Of a DNA stretch of 31,668 nt, positions 10,358 through 18,648 are shown piece after piece. The stretch is from the IMG/VR virus record IMGVR_UViG_3300031519_007484, positions 1 to 31,668 of that record, one strand, 5' to 3'. Position numbers and translations under genes: made by a program. The stretch is from a virus (taxonomy: Duplodnaviria; Caudoviricetes). Position 1 is the first letter of the stretch. Each line of letters starts with the position of its first letter. The notes beneath the pieces were generated by a model. It did not search any database and had not been told where the DNA came from. It saw only the letters and a list, made by a program, of their open reading frames with translations.

Positions 10358-10486
10358 ATGAAAACAATAAACACTTATCAAGCGAAAAAGAAGATTAGAC
10401 GTAAAGGAGTACATGCTAGAAGTAAGGCCTCTAAGATAAAAAGCTCTAAAAACTATAAAAAGCCCTATAGGGGACAGGGCAGATAA
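10358..10486 (+). CDS. Small very basic protein (42 aa, ends KKPYRGQGR), absent from the ORF track
   Basis: MKTINTYQAKKKIRRKGVHARSKASKIKSSKNYKKPYRGQGR. It has a purine-rich upstream (GAGGAAGAG) and a terminator right after it. Confidence 0.7.
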   Translation: MKTINTYQAKKKIRRKGVHARSKASKIKSSKNYKKPYRGQGR

Positions 10487-10500
10487 TTCCCTGTTTTTTT
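10474..10500 (+). terminator. Intrinsic terminator
   Basis: ACAGGG-N9-CCCTGT followed by a T-run. Confidence 0.6.
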
Positions 10501-10536
10501 GTTTAGTGTAATAAATTATACAAACAAAATATTGTT

Positions 10537-10731
10537 ATGGAATCACTTATTCAATTCGTCGAAGATCAAGTATGGTTTAACTGGGCTTGTGCTGTTATTG
10601 CAGCAGCTAGCGCATTTGCAGCTTTAACTCCTACTCCCAAAGAAGGCACTATCCTCGCTAAAGTATATAAGCTGGTTGACTTCCTTAGTGTTAATATTGG
10701 TAAAGCTAAAGACAAGGGAGATAAAAAATAA
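10537..10731 (+). CDS. Small membrane protein, holin-like
   Basis: Hydrophobic helix WACAVIAAASAFAALTPTP with a basic C-tail, about 1 kb from the endolysin. Confidence 0.6.
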   Translation: MESLIQFVEDQVWFNWACAVIAAASAFAALTPTPKEGTILAKVYKLVDFLSVNIGKAKDKGDKK

Positions 10732-10763
10732 GATTGTCCTATCTTATTTTTAATTATTAATCC

Positions 10764-10877
10764 ATGAGGGTACTTTTCTTATCTGCCATTACATCTTTTC
10801 TTTGTTACTTCGCTATCGCCCATGAAGTAGCAGCAAAAGAGAAAAAGAAAGAGAAGGAGAGAAGAGAGCAAAAATAA
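10764..10877 (+). CDS. Small membrane-anchored peptide (37 aa), absent from the ORF track
   Basis: MRVLFLSAITSFLCYFAIAHEVAAKEKKKEKERREQK, followed by a terminator. Confidence 0.5.
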   Translation: MRVLFLSAITSFLCYFAIAHEVAAKEKKKEKERREQK

Positions 10878-10895
10878 AACTAATTTAAATCATTT

Positions 10896-10922
10896 AAAAC
10901 CGTCCCTAAGGGCGGTTTTTTT
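10896..10922 (+). terminator. Intrinsic terminator
   Basis: AAAACCGTCC-ctaa-GGGCGGTTTT followed by further Ts. Confidence 0.85.
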
Positions 10923-10933
10923 ATTATTAGTTA

Positions 10934-10961
10934 TTGAATTTTCATGCATTCTAGCTAAAAT
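10934..10961 (+). promoter_or_regulatory. Sigma70-like leaderless promoter of the heptose-like operon
   Basis: TTGAAT-N16-TAAAAT, then 6 nt to ATG at 10968. Confidence 0.65.
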
Positions 10962-10967
10962 CCATTA

Positions 10968-11342
10968 ATGAAAATGGAGCCAATTAAGGGCGTTGTTAAA
11001 GCTCATTTAAAAGGTTGGGGTAAAGAGGTTTGGATTGCAAATAATGAACTTTACTGCGGTAAGATCCTAGAGTTCAACAAAGGAGCAGAGTTCTCTATGC
11101 ACTACCACATAAAGAAGGAAGAAACTTGGGCAGTGACAAAAGGCAAGCTACTGTTAAAATATTACGATTTAACTAACGCAGAGGAGAAGCGTATGACTTT
11201 GGAGGTTGGCGATACAGTGCATTTAAAGCCGTGTATACCTCATAAACTTATCGCTATAGAAGAATCTTCTGTATTCGAAGTAAGCACCCAACATTTTGAA
11301 GAGGACTCTTACAGGGTTCGGAAAGGAGATTCGCAGAAATGA
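10968..11342 (+). CDS. Cupin-domain protein (sugar-phosphate isomerase-like)
   Basis: Cupin motifs KGWGKEVW, SMHYHIKKEETW and GDTVHLKPCIPHKL. Confidence 0.8.
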   Translation: MKMEPIKGVVKAHLKGWGKEVWIANNELYCGKILEFNKGAEFSMHYHIKKEETWAVTKGKLLLKYYDLTNAEEKRMTLEVGDTVHLKPCIPHKLIAIEESSVFEVSTQHFEEDSYRVRKGDSQK

Positions 11343-12088
11343 AAAAGATTCTCATTATAGGAGAGAGTTGCTTGGATGTTTTCGTCTATGGTTCTGCTGA
11401 CAGACTTTGCCCAGAAGCTCCTGTACCAGTTTTCAGAGGGGAGAGATCTATCCAGTGTGCTGGAATGGCCTCTAATGTCCACAGGAACGTCATAGAATGC
11501 GTTATTGGCTTAAATGAGGTAGGGATAGTAGATATTTTAACAAACGAAAAGGAAGGCTCTAAGGTTAGATATGTAGATTCTTCTTCTAATCAAATGTTTC
11601 TCCGTGTTGACTCAGATGAATATAAAGAAGTTAATAAATTAAATTTGCGCGAAGCAGAGGTTTGGTCTTATGACGCTGTAATTGTCTCGGATTACGATAA
11701 GGGATACCTGACAGATAGAGATTTAAAATATATTGCAGATAATTCTCAAATGTCTTTTCTAGATACTAAAAAGAAATATAATTCAAAATGGGCTGATTCA
11801 TTCGACCTCATTAAAATTAACGAAAAAGAACACAAGGAGAATGGATTTAAGGGAATGGGAGTCAAAAACCTTCTTGTGACTTTGGGGGGGGAAGGCTGTA
11901 GATTTAAAGGAAAGGAATATCCTTTAATATCCGCTTCTCAAGTAAGAGATGTGAGTGGTGCTGGAGATACTTTTCTTGCTGCCTTTGCAGTTAATTATTT
12001 ATTTAATCAAGATATAGATCTAGCTATTGACTACGCTCAGGATTGCTGTAGTATTGTCGTTAGTAAAGCTGGGACAGCAACGATATGA
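11339..12088 (+). CDS. hldA: D-glycero-beta-D-manno-heptose-7-phosphate kinase-like (RfaE domain I, PfkB family)
   Basis: Motifs RLCPEAPVPV, VSDYDKG, VTLGGEG and DVSGAGDTFLAAF. Confidence 0.85.
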   Translation: MKKILIIGESCLDVFVYGSADRLCPEAPVPVFRGERSIQCAGMASNVHRNVIECVIGLNEVGIVDILTNEKEGSKVRYVDSSSNQMFLRVDSDEYKEVNKLNLREAEVWSYDAVIVSDYDKGYLTDRDLKYIADNSQMSFLDTKKKYNSKWADSFDLIKINEKEHKENGFKGMGVKNLLVTLGGEGCRFKGKEYPLISASQVRDVSGAGDTFLAAFAVNYLFNQDIDLAIDYAQDCCSIVVSKAGTATI

Positions 12089-12561
12089 ACCACTCAAAAA
12101 TAGTTGATACATGCACAATCATGCACCATTTCGCGGTAGGAGGCAAAAAGATGGCTTTTACCAATGGTTGCTTCGATATGTTCCATGCAGGTCACGCACA
12201 CCTTCTTCGATCAATTAAGGAAGATTTGCCTGATGATTATGAATTAGTTGTTGGTGTGAATGGGGATGAAAGTATCAAGAAGAATAAGGGTCCAGAAAGA
12301 CCTATTATCAGTCAAGAGCAGAGAGCCTTCCTTGTGGCTTGTCATGAGTGCGTTGACTATGTTTTCGTGTTTAATGAAGCAACAGTTTCTGGCTACCTGA
12401 GACGCTTTAAACCCTCTCGTTGGTATAAAGGTGGAGATTATAGTGTTACTACTTTGCACCCCGCTGAGAAAGCAGAGTGTGGGCAAGCAGAAGTATATTT
12501 TATTCCATTCTCTGAAGATATAAGCGCAACGAAAATTATAGACAAAATTAAAGAACTATGA
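12085..12561 (+). CDS. hldC: Heptose-1-phosphate adenylyltransferase-like (RfaE domain II, cytidylyltransferase family)
   Basis: Motifs FTNGCFDMFHAGH, VVGVNGDES..KGPERPI, KGGDY and SATKII. Confidence 0.85.
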   Translation: MNHSKIVDTCTIMHHFAVGGKKMAFTNGCFDMFHAGHAHLLRSIKEDLPDDYELVVGVNGDESIKKNKGPERPIISQEQRAFLVACHECVDYVFVFNEATVSGYLRRFKPSRWYKGGDYSVTTLHPAEKAECGQAEVYFIPFSEDISATKIIDKIKEL

Positions 12562-12866
12562 GACATTTTATTGTAGACATCGATGGGACTATTTGTACAG
12601 ATAGTCGAGGCAAATATGAATTAGCTCGCCCTATGAAAAATCGCATTGATTATTTTAATAGCTTATTTGATAGTGGCAACAAAATTACCTACTGGACTGC
12701 GAGAGGAGCCAACTCAGGGAAAGATTGGTTGGAGTTTACAAAGAAGCAGATTGAGGGGTGGGGAGTCAAATATACTGAGTTAAGAACAGATAAACCAGCA
12801 TATGACTTTTGGATTGATGATAAGGCTTACAATGGTAATAGGTTCTTTGATGAACTTTATTTTTAA
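12558..12866 (+). CDS. Small HAD-superfamily phosphatase
   Basis: HAD motifs DIDGT (I), WTARG (II) and KP...IDDKA (III/IV). Confidence 0.8.
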   Translation: MRHFIVDIDGTICTDSRGKYELARPMKNRIDYFNSLFDSGNKITYWTARGANSGKDWLEFTKKQIEGWGVKYTELRTDKPAYDFWIDDKAYNGNRFFDELYF

Positions 12867-12872
12867 GCCGAC

Positions 12873-13592
12873 TTAACCTCCTCCGGGTGGTTCTCCTCCG
12901 TCGAGCTCGCTCGAACTCTGAGCAAAGAAGTAGATATTATTTCCTGATGTTGATATTTCTAGAATATTCCCAGTTCTTGGGTCTGCACATAACGCTCTAT
13001 ATTCGATATCTCCATTAGGTAGGACAGAACCAGTCGGGTTCATAACTCCATGACCTACTCCGACTCCACCACTTTGACCGTCGATCTCTCCATCCATTTC
13101 ATATTCGTCAAACTTTTGGTAATGGCCCCTAAGATGTAGATGGATATTTTCTCTTATGTATAATTCTTCAATACAGCCACCGTCAAATTTAGCCAAATCT
13201 AAATAATATTCAGCTGGAGAAACTAATTCTTGTCCTGTTTCCATTTCTTCTCCGGCTATATCGCTTTGAGCGCAAAAGTTATCAAATGTTGAATCTTTGG
13301 TATTTCCTTTTTCAATCCCTGCGCCAAGGACTTCTCCGTTTTGATGATCGAATTCAATTTTTAAAGCAAATGTTTCTGGAGCTTCTGAAATCTGTTGTTC
13401 TAATCCAGTAACCCCAATCCTTTTGCCAGCCTGAGCGTAATCAAAAATATAACCTTGGTTAAATTTTACGTCAAATCGTTTTACTGCCTCTGCACTGACT
13501 CCATTAGATTGTACTTGAGGCATAAAAGGGTCCATCATCCAACTGAATGTTGTACAGTCTGGTGGAGTCGATATTATATGGTACGTACTCAT
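12873..13592 (-). CDS. Hypothetical acidic protein (239 aa)
   Basis: Long ORF whose start overlaps the upstream stop. No recognised motif. Confidence 0.7.
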   Translation of the reverse strand: MSTYHIISTPPDCTTFSWMMDPFMPQVQSNGVSAEAVKRFDVKFNQGYIFDYAQAGKRIGVTGLEQQISEAPETFALKIEFDHQNGEVLGAGIEKGNTKDSTFDNFCAQSDIAGEEMETGQELVSPAEYYLDLAKFDGGCIEELYIRENIHLHLRGHYQKFDEYEMDGEIDGQSGGVGVGHGVMNPTGSVLPNGDIEYRALCADPRTGNILEISTSGNNIYFFAQSSSELDGGEPPGGG

Positions 13593-13888
13593 ACGTGAAG
13601 AATATTTATAATTTCTCCGTTTTCACCAAAAAAGTATAGATGGTCAAAATGGTCAAAGTTATTGTAGTTTATGCATTTAATCTCCTTCTCTGGAGAATCA
13701 AGACTCCTGCCTAAGAAATATTTTTTACCTCCACCCTTTATACTACCATCAGGCCAGAGGAATTGTTTTTCTGCAAAAAAACAATCTTTCAGGTGAGTAT
13801 TATGCCACGTTTCGATGTAAGCAAATTCGTTATTGAAATCATGTCTTTTGGTTTCGATTTCTAATTTCTTTTTAACAATAGTTTTCAC
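13589..13888 (-). CDS. Hypothetical protein
   Basis: ORF in a minus-strand run, overlapping the next gene by 4 nt. Confidence 0.6.
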   Translation of the reverse strand: MKTIVKKKLEIETKRHDFNNEFAYIETWHNTHLKDCFFAEKQFLWPDGSIKGGGKKYFLGRSLDSPEKEIKCINYNNFDHFDHLYFFGENGEIINILHV

Positions 13889-13923
13889 TAAAAGATTTTA
13901 TAGAAAAAATATATAAAAATCAA

Positions 13924-14280
13924 TTATTCTTTTCCTTCTTTCTTCTCCTCTTTAGAATTGCCCTTCTTTTTCATCTTTTCAAAGATCTTCTTTTGGAGTG
14001 CGGGAGGAAGCTTCTTTTGCTTCTCAGTGAGTTCCCCTTTGCTATCATCCATCATCATGGCTCGCATTTTACCATATTGCACCGCACAAACACTGTGGGT
14101 CTCTTTATCTCCCATCCCAGCAGTATCTGTAAACGTTTTATCTTCCATCGCGCACATACTCATGTAAGACTTGTAAACTCCAGCTTCTGCTTCAGAATAC
14201 TTCTTGGCGATGGTAACTTCCATTTCTCCAGCATCGTTGACGCTGGCTTGACTCTCTAAGGGATTTTCGAAATTGTTCAT
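13924..14280 (-). CDS. Hypothetical protein with a basic C-terminus (LTEKQKKLPPALQKKI)
   Basis: Protein-like ORF with an upstream GTGTAT motif. Confidence 0.7.
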   Translation of the reverse strand: MNNFENPLESQASVNDAGEMEVTIAKKYSEAEAGVYKSYMSMCAMEDKTFTDTAGMGDKETHSVCAVQYGKMRAMMMDDSKGELTEKQKKLPPALQKKIFEKMKKKGNSKEEKKEGKE

Positions 14281-14326
14281 AGTATAATTCGATTATACTT
14301 ATATAATACACTATAAACACAAATTA

Positions 14327-15097
14327 ATGGAAAAAGTAGCTTTTTTGAATTTAACGATCAATTCATTTAACCAAAATAACATTTGGAAAAAATTTATCAA
14401 CGATGGCAGTAAAGATACATTTAATTTGTATTTACACCCAAAGTTCGATGCCCCAAGTCTTTTCTCTGATTATTACATCGAAAATACTGTCCCAACAGCT
14501 TGGGGTCACTTTTCATTAGTTGAAGCTACTATAGAATTAATGAAAGCAGCTTTGGAAGATGAATCAAACGAATACTTTACTTTGATTAGCGATTCTCATT
14601 TCCCTTTGTATGATTTAGACTCTACAGTGAATCTGATTAAAAAAAGGTATAAAAAAATGACTTTTGCGAAACACTTTAGCTTCCACACGAAAGTAAAAAG
14701 TCAGAAGGTTTTAAAGGAGGGAGTTAAAGATTACAAGTTCGATGAGTATAATGCAGTTTGTCAATTTTTTGCTTGTCGTAGAGAAGATGCCATTAAGTTC
14801 GTAGAAACTTTTGATCATTGGTCTAAGTATTTCGTGAAGAACGAGGTTATTTTCGCTGATGAGTTTTATTTTTGGGCGATAGCTAAAGAGCTGGGGATGG
14901 ATTTTGATATGGGGCAAGCTACAACTTATTCTGATTGGAGTATAATAAAAGATTCGGTGGGCAATATCCATAGAACTCCAAGGGCTTTTGATAAATTTAA
15001 TAAAGGAATGGTTGACACTTATCGTAAAAATGGGTATCTCTTTGTCAGGAAGATCGTTCCTTCTACTTTTGTGATGGTAGATCCCTTTACTTTTTAA
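14327..15097 (+). CDS. Core-2/I-branching-type glycosyltransferase (GT14 / Branch-like)
   Basis: Motifs VAFL.L, LYLH, TAWGHFSLVEATIELMKAAL, FTLISDSHFPL, ADEFYF, TTYSDW and LFVRK. Confidence 0.8.
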   Translation: MEKVAFLNLTINSFNQNNIWKKFINDGSKDTFNLYLHPKFDAPSLFSDYYIENTVPTAWGHFSLVEATIELMKAALEDESNEYFTLISDSHFPLYDLDSTVNLIKKRYKKMTFAKHFSFHTKVKSQKVLKEGVKDYKFDEYNAVCQFFACRREDAIKFVETFDHWSKYFVKNEVIFADEFYFWAIAKELGMDFDMGQATTYSDWSIIKDSVGNIHRTPRAFDKFNKGMVDTYRKNGYLFVRKIVPSTFVMVDPFTF

Positions 15098-15108
15098 TTG
15101 AAAAAAAA

Positions 15109-15726
15109 ATGCGAAATACGGTAGAATTATTAGGACACTATGGTAGCGATGAGGTTATCGCTTGTAGCGCTTGGACATCAACTTCAAGAGAACTAGATGA
15201 AAAGAAACGAAAGAGAATTCCGAAGCTCATCAACATGCTTTGGTCCGAGGGTCACGAAACCCCTTTTGAGAAAGGTACAGTCCATTTCCTTGTTGATTGT
15301 GATATTGCCAGTCATATACATCTTCTTAAGCATAGATTGGCTTCGATTAACGCTGAAAGCGCGAGGTACAAAGAATTAAAAGAGGATAAAATGTTTATCC
15401 CAGAAGACTGGCCCGAAGCATGGCAGAATGAACTTATGATATATACGGCTCATGGGAATAAGCTTTACCATGAATGTGTGGAGTCTCTTGAGTCAAGGTT
15501 GGGACGCAAACGAGCAAAAGAATCTGCACGTTTCTTTAAGACTTACAATAGTCGCATTCAAGCCGATGTGCAATTTAATATGCGTAGCTTTGCAAACTTT
15601 ATTAAATTACGTAAGAGCGAACACGCTCAAAAAGAAATTAGAGAAATAGCAGAGAAAATGCTTGACTTGGTTAAGGGCATAGAGGAAAATCCTTTTCAGC
15701 ATACCTTAAATAGTTGGGGTTATTAG
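15109..15726 (+). CDS. thyX: Flavin-dependent thymidylate synthase
   Basis: HETPFE; KHRLASINAESARY, a variant of the RHRx7SxR motif; KESARF; NMRSFANFIKLR; HAQKEIRE. Confidence 0.92.
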   Translation: MRNTVELLGHYGSDEVIACSAWTSTSRELDEKKRKRIPKLINMLWSEGHETPFEKGTVHFLVDCDIASHIHLLKHRLASINAESARYKELKEDKMFIPEDWPEAWQNELMIYTAHGNKLYHECVESLESRLGRKRAKESARFFKTYNSRIQADVQFNMRSFANFIKLRKSEHAQKEIREIAEKMLDLVKGIEENPFQHTLNSWGY

Positions 15727-15729
15727 ATT

Positions 15730-15927
15730 ATGGAATACGCTTACGTGAATACAGTTGTTAATAAGGAGAAGAAAAATAACGCTTCTCTCGTTTACGTTCA
15801 GATTAGTTTTGAGGATGGGAGGCATTTTTTATTTACAGAAAATGAATTAAAAAATGCTGAAGCTCGTGCTGGAAAGAACCCAGAAGATATTGAGGAGAGG
15901 AATATAACGTTTATTAAAGATTATTAG
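15730..15927 (+). CDS. Hypothetical protein
   Basis: ATG 3 nt after the thyX stop. Confidence 0.65.
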   Translation: MEYAYVNTVVNKEKKNNASLVYVQISFEDGRHFLFTENELKNAEARAGKNPEDIEERNITFIKDY

Positions 15928-16040
15928 CATGGGGAAAGCAATATATTACTTGGGCGGTAGAAGGTTGAACCACCGACAGCGGCTTGAGGCTAAAAATAAA
16001 ATTAGTTTAAACGAGGATCTTATTAGTGTAAGTAATACCC

Positions 16041-16292
16041 ATGAAGATAACAGGTAAGCAAACAGTAGAAATAGAGATCTCAGAAGGTCAAAGGCATTTG
16101 ATTGCTTTAGATTATATGTCAGAGGTATTTAAATGGAATTCTGATTACTTTATTGAGGAGGGTTGGGTAATTAAGCGTGATATAGCTCATACTTCACATT
16201 CGTTTGAGATTAAGAATAAAGTCAGAGAAGCTAGCAAGCAAGATCAATGCTTGTATGACATCTTCAAAGTCTTAAAAAGACAGGTTTTCTAA
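16041..16292 (+). CDS. Hypothetical protein
   Basis: ORF preceded by GTGTAA-N9-ATG. Confidence 0.7.
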   Translation: MKITGKQTVEIEISEGQRHLIALDYMSEVFKWNSDYFIEEGWVIKRDIAHTSHSFEIKNKVREASKQDQCLYDIFKVLKRQVF

Positions 16293-16294
16293 AT

Positions 16295-17047
16295 ATGGTC
16301 CCCAATATTTGTCATTTTATAGCGGGGATGTCCCCAGATGAAGAATTTAAATTTGTTTACTATGTTGCAGCTGTATCTGCGATAAAGATAAACAAGCCGA
16401 AGAGGGTTAATTATTTTTACTCATTTGAGCCTCATGGTCGTTGGTGGGAAGAGTTAAAGAAGATAAAAGAAGTTGAACTTCATCAGGTTCCCTTGCCTAC
16501 GCACTTCGGAGAAAAGAAGATTATTCATCCTCAACATAGAGCAGATAATCTAAGGATGGAGATATTAAAGGAGTATGGAGGAGTTTATCTTGATTTTGAT
16601 ACTATATGCGTGAAGCCTTACGCAAGGATGCTGAAATATAAATTTGCTATGGGGGTCGAATCTGAAGGTGCTTTATGTAATGCGGTTATATTCTCTGAGC
16701 CTAAAGCTGAATTTTTAGATTTATGGTCTGAACCATACGCAGAAACGTTTAAACCGGATGGGTGGGGAGAAGCTGGTGTTGAGTTGCCGTTCGAAGTAGC
16801 TAAACAAAACCCTTCTAAAATAACTTTGTTAAGACCAGAATTATTTTATCGGCCAATGTGGAATGAAACACACAAAATATTCTCTGACCTTTGCTCCGTA
16901 GTCCCTAAAGATTTATACATCCTACACTTTTGGAATAAATATTCTAAGGATTATACGGATGACATTAAAGGTTTTGATTGGGCGAAGAAGAATCAGCATA
17001 CTTTGTATGGTAAGCTATTGCTAAAGTTTTGTCAGTTTAGCCTTTAG
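16295..17047 (+). CDS. Glycosyltransferase, GT32 (DxD sugar-binding) family
   Basis: Motifs VPNICHF, RADNLRMEILKEYGGVYLDFD, LCNAVI and ILHFW. Confidence 0.85.
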   Translation: MVPNICHFIAGMSPDEEFKFVYYVAAVSAIKINKPKRVNYFYSFEPHGRWWEELKKIKEVELHQVPLPTHFGEKKIIHPQHRADNLRMEILKEYGGVYLDFDTICVKPYARMLKYKFAMGVESEGALCNAVIFSEPKAEFLDLWSEPYAETFKPDGWGEAGVELPFEVAKQNPSKITLLRPELFYRPMWNETHKIFSDLCSVVPKDLYILHFWNKYSKDYTDDIKGFDWAKKNQHTLYGKLLLKFCQFSL

Positions 17048-17100
17048 CTCTTTGCTTCCTCCGTTATTGGGGTTTGGCAATGGCATATTTGTATATGCAC

Positions 17101-17125
17101 AAAAAACCCCAAGTTTAAGCGGGAT
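17101..17125 (-). terminator. Possible intrinsic terminator of the 290-aa gene
   Basis: On the minus strand, ATCCCG-N8-TGGGGT pairs with G:U and is followed by a T-run. Confidence 0.45.
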
Positions 17126-17154
17126 TTTGCCAAATAAGGGGATGACAAATTTGC

Positions 17155-18027
17155 TTACGAAAAATAATATTCGATGGCATCATTTGAAATCGGAAATGTA
17201 TAAGAAAAATCTAATGATGCATTTTCGTCTAAAGAATGAGATTGACTTACAGAATTTAAAAAACAATCGTGAACTACCACATTTAAATTTGGGTTTGCAG
17301 AAGCAGAACCTAAAGCAGTCTCCGAAATTACAAATGTAAAGTTTCCTTTCTTAGCCACTAAGCTTGATAAATCTAAAGTCTCTTCAACTTTATTTTTAAG
17401 AATAGATATACTTAAAGATCCTTGCGCTGGTAATACAGGGTATCTTCTTTTCGCTCCTCGTTCTCCGACTCTGATTGTGGGCCTTCTCTCTATGCCTACA
17501 GAAATAGATGCAGATTGAATTGGATAGTCTGTAGAGTTTATGCCTTCAGTCAGGTTGGTGGTTAGAGTTATATCTTGTGGGCGGAAGATATTAAATTTGC
17601 TTGAGTCTAAATCTAAATCTATTAAAGAGTTGCCTTCACTGACTGATAAAGAGTCGCACTGGTATCCATATTTCCCAAGAGCAAGGTCTCCGACACTGAA
17701 GTCTAAAGAAAAGTTAGTTAGGTTCGCTTTTGAAAAAGTCGTTCTGGCAGTTGTATCTTTGAGATGGATAGTTGACTCATCTGAACTCAAAAACTTCAAG
17801 TAGTTTCCATTCTTATCCAAAGTATGATCGTTAACTATAAATTCTATAGATGCATCAATAGGCTGATCCGCTGTTAAAATATAATTTTCTTGTTTGTAAG
17901 ACCCTAGTCTCCTTAGCTCTTGAACATTTTTGGGATTCTGATAGCTGAAAGATCTGACTCCTCTTATCAAAGTATTGTCAATGTATATTTGGCTCTCATG
18001 GGAGTGGACTCTCGTTACAGAAGGCAT
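17155..18027 (-). CDS. Putative structural protein, tail-tube-like
   Basis: Two similar beta-rich halves (GVRSFSYQ..LRRLG and PIQSASIS..IRVG) with alternating hydrophobic strands. The fold is inferred. Confidence 0.45.
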   Translation of the reverse strand: MPSVTRVHSHESQIYIDNTLIRGVRSFSYQNPKNVQELRRLGSYKQENYILTADQPIDASIEFIVNDHTLDKNGNYLKFLSSDESTIHLKDTTARTTFSKANLTNFSLDFSVGDLALGKYGYQCDSLSVSEGNSLIDLDLDSSKFNIFRPQDITLTTNLTEGINSTDYPIQSASISVGIERRPTIRVGERGAKRRYPVLPAQGSLSISILKNKVEETLDLSSLVAKKGNFTFVISETALGSASANPNLNVVVHDCFLNSVSQSHSLDENASLDFSYTFPISNDAIEYYFS

Positions 18028-18035
18028 ATCTTATA

Positions 18036-18041
18036 TTACAC
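18036..18041 (-). promoter_or_regulatory. GTGTAA motif, candidate phage-specific promoter
   Basis: GTGTAA-N8-ATG. The same motif lies before ATGs at 16041 and 20018 (N9) and at 10537 and 14280 (N25). Confidence 0.5.
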
Positions 18042-18070
18042 AAAAAAACCCACTCCCGTAGGAGTAGGTT
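18042..18070 (-). terminator. Intrinsic terminator with a cUACGg tetraloop
   Basis: Minus strand AACCTACTCC-TACG-GGAGTGGGTT-TTTTT. Confidence 0.85.
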
Positions 18071-18129
18071 GTTATCAGTGAGGAATTTTTAATCGTTTTT
18101 ACTCAATTTCTGAGTAGTTCATGAGACTT

Positions 18130-18648
18130 CTACTTGGTTTTACGTCCATAATGATGCACAAAACTTTGGAGACTACCTAAATCTTTGTATTGAACCTCAT
18201 ACCTAGCTTGGTCATAGGTGAAATTATTAGTTTTTGTTCCAGCTTTCTGTAGTGTAGCTATCTTAAAAAACCTTTCTTTAGAGATCACCCCACAAATCCA
18301 AACCTTGCTGAAATCATTTTTGACTCTATTAAAAATATAATAATCAGCATGCCTCTTCTTTTGCTCCTGATATAGGGTGGCACTATAATAATCTAGAGGC
18401 TTCGCGTTGCAACCTTGAGACTTAGCATCCAAAGATATTGAATTAAAATGAAAATCCACGTTTAAATCATCGCTGTAATTAATGTCAGGAAATTCATGAT
18501 TAATACATACTTCTGCTAAGTAGCCTGTAGTTTTTTGCCGATCACTATTGAGTCTATGAGTCCCTCTGTCTCCAAACCTTTTGGCAGCTTCTGATGTTCT
18601 CCTCTTAGCTTCTTCCAATATTTCTGATGTGACTTTTATCTCAATCAT
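18130..18648 (-). CDS. Putative PD-(D/E)XK nuclease
   Basis: GYLAE...VDF...LDAKS matches the E..D..(D/E)xK pattern. Confidence 0.55.
   Translation of the reverse strand: MIEIKVTSEILEEAKRRTSEAAKRFGDRGTHRLNSDRQKTTGYLAEVCINHEFPDINYSDDLNVDFHFNSISLDAKSQGCNAKPLDYYSATLYQEQKKRHADYYIFNRVKNDFSKVWICGVISKERFFKIATLQKAGTKTNNFTYDQARYEVQYKDLGSLQSFVHHYGRKTK

Noticed and set aside
15929-16057. 42-aa ORF MGKAIYYLGG...
   Set aside because: It fills a gap but has no motif and overlaps the GTGTAA motif of the next gene, so support is insufficient.
17052-17803. Plus-strand ORFs 17052..17339 and 17540..17803
   Set aside because: Antisense shadows of the 290-aa gene. Other short nested or antisense ORFs in the track were rejected for the same reason.
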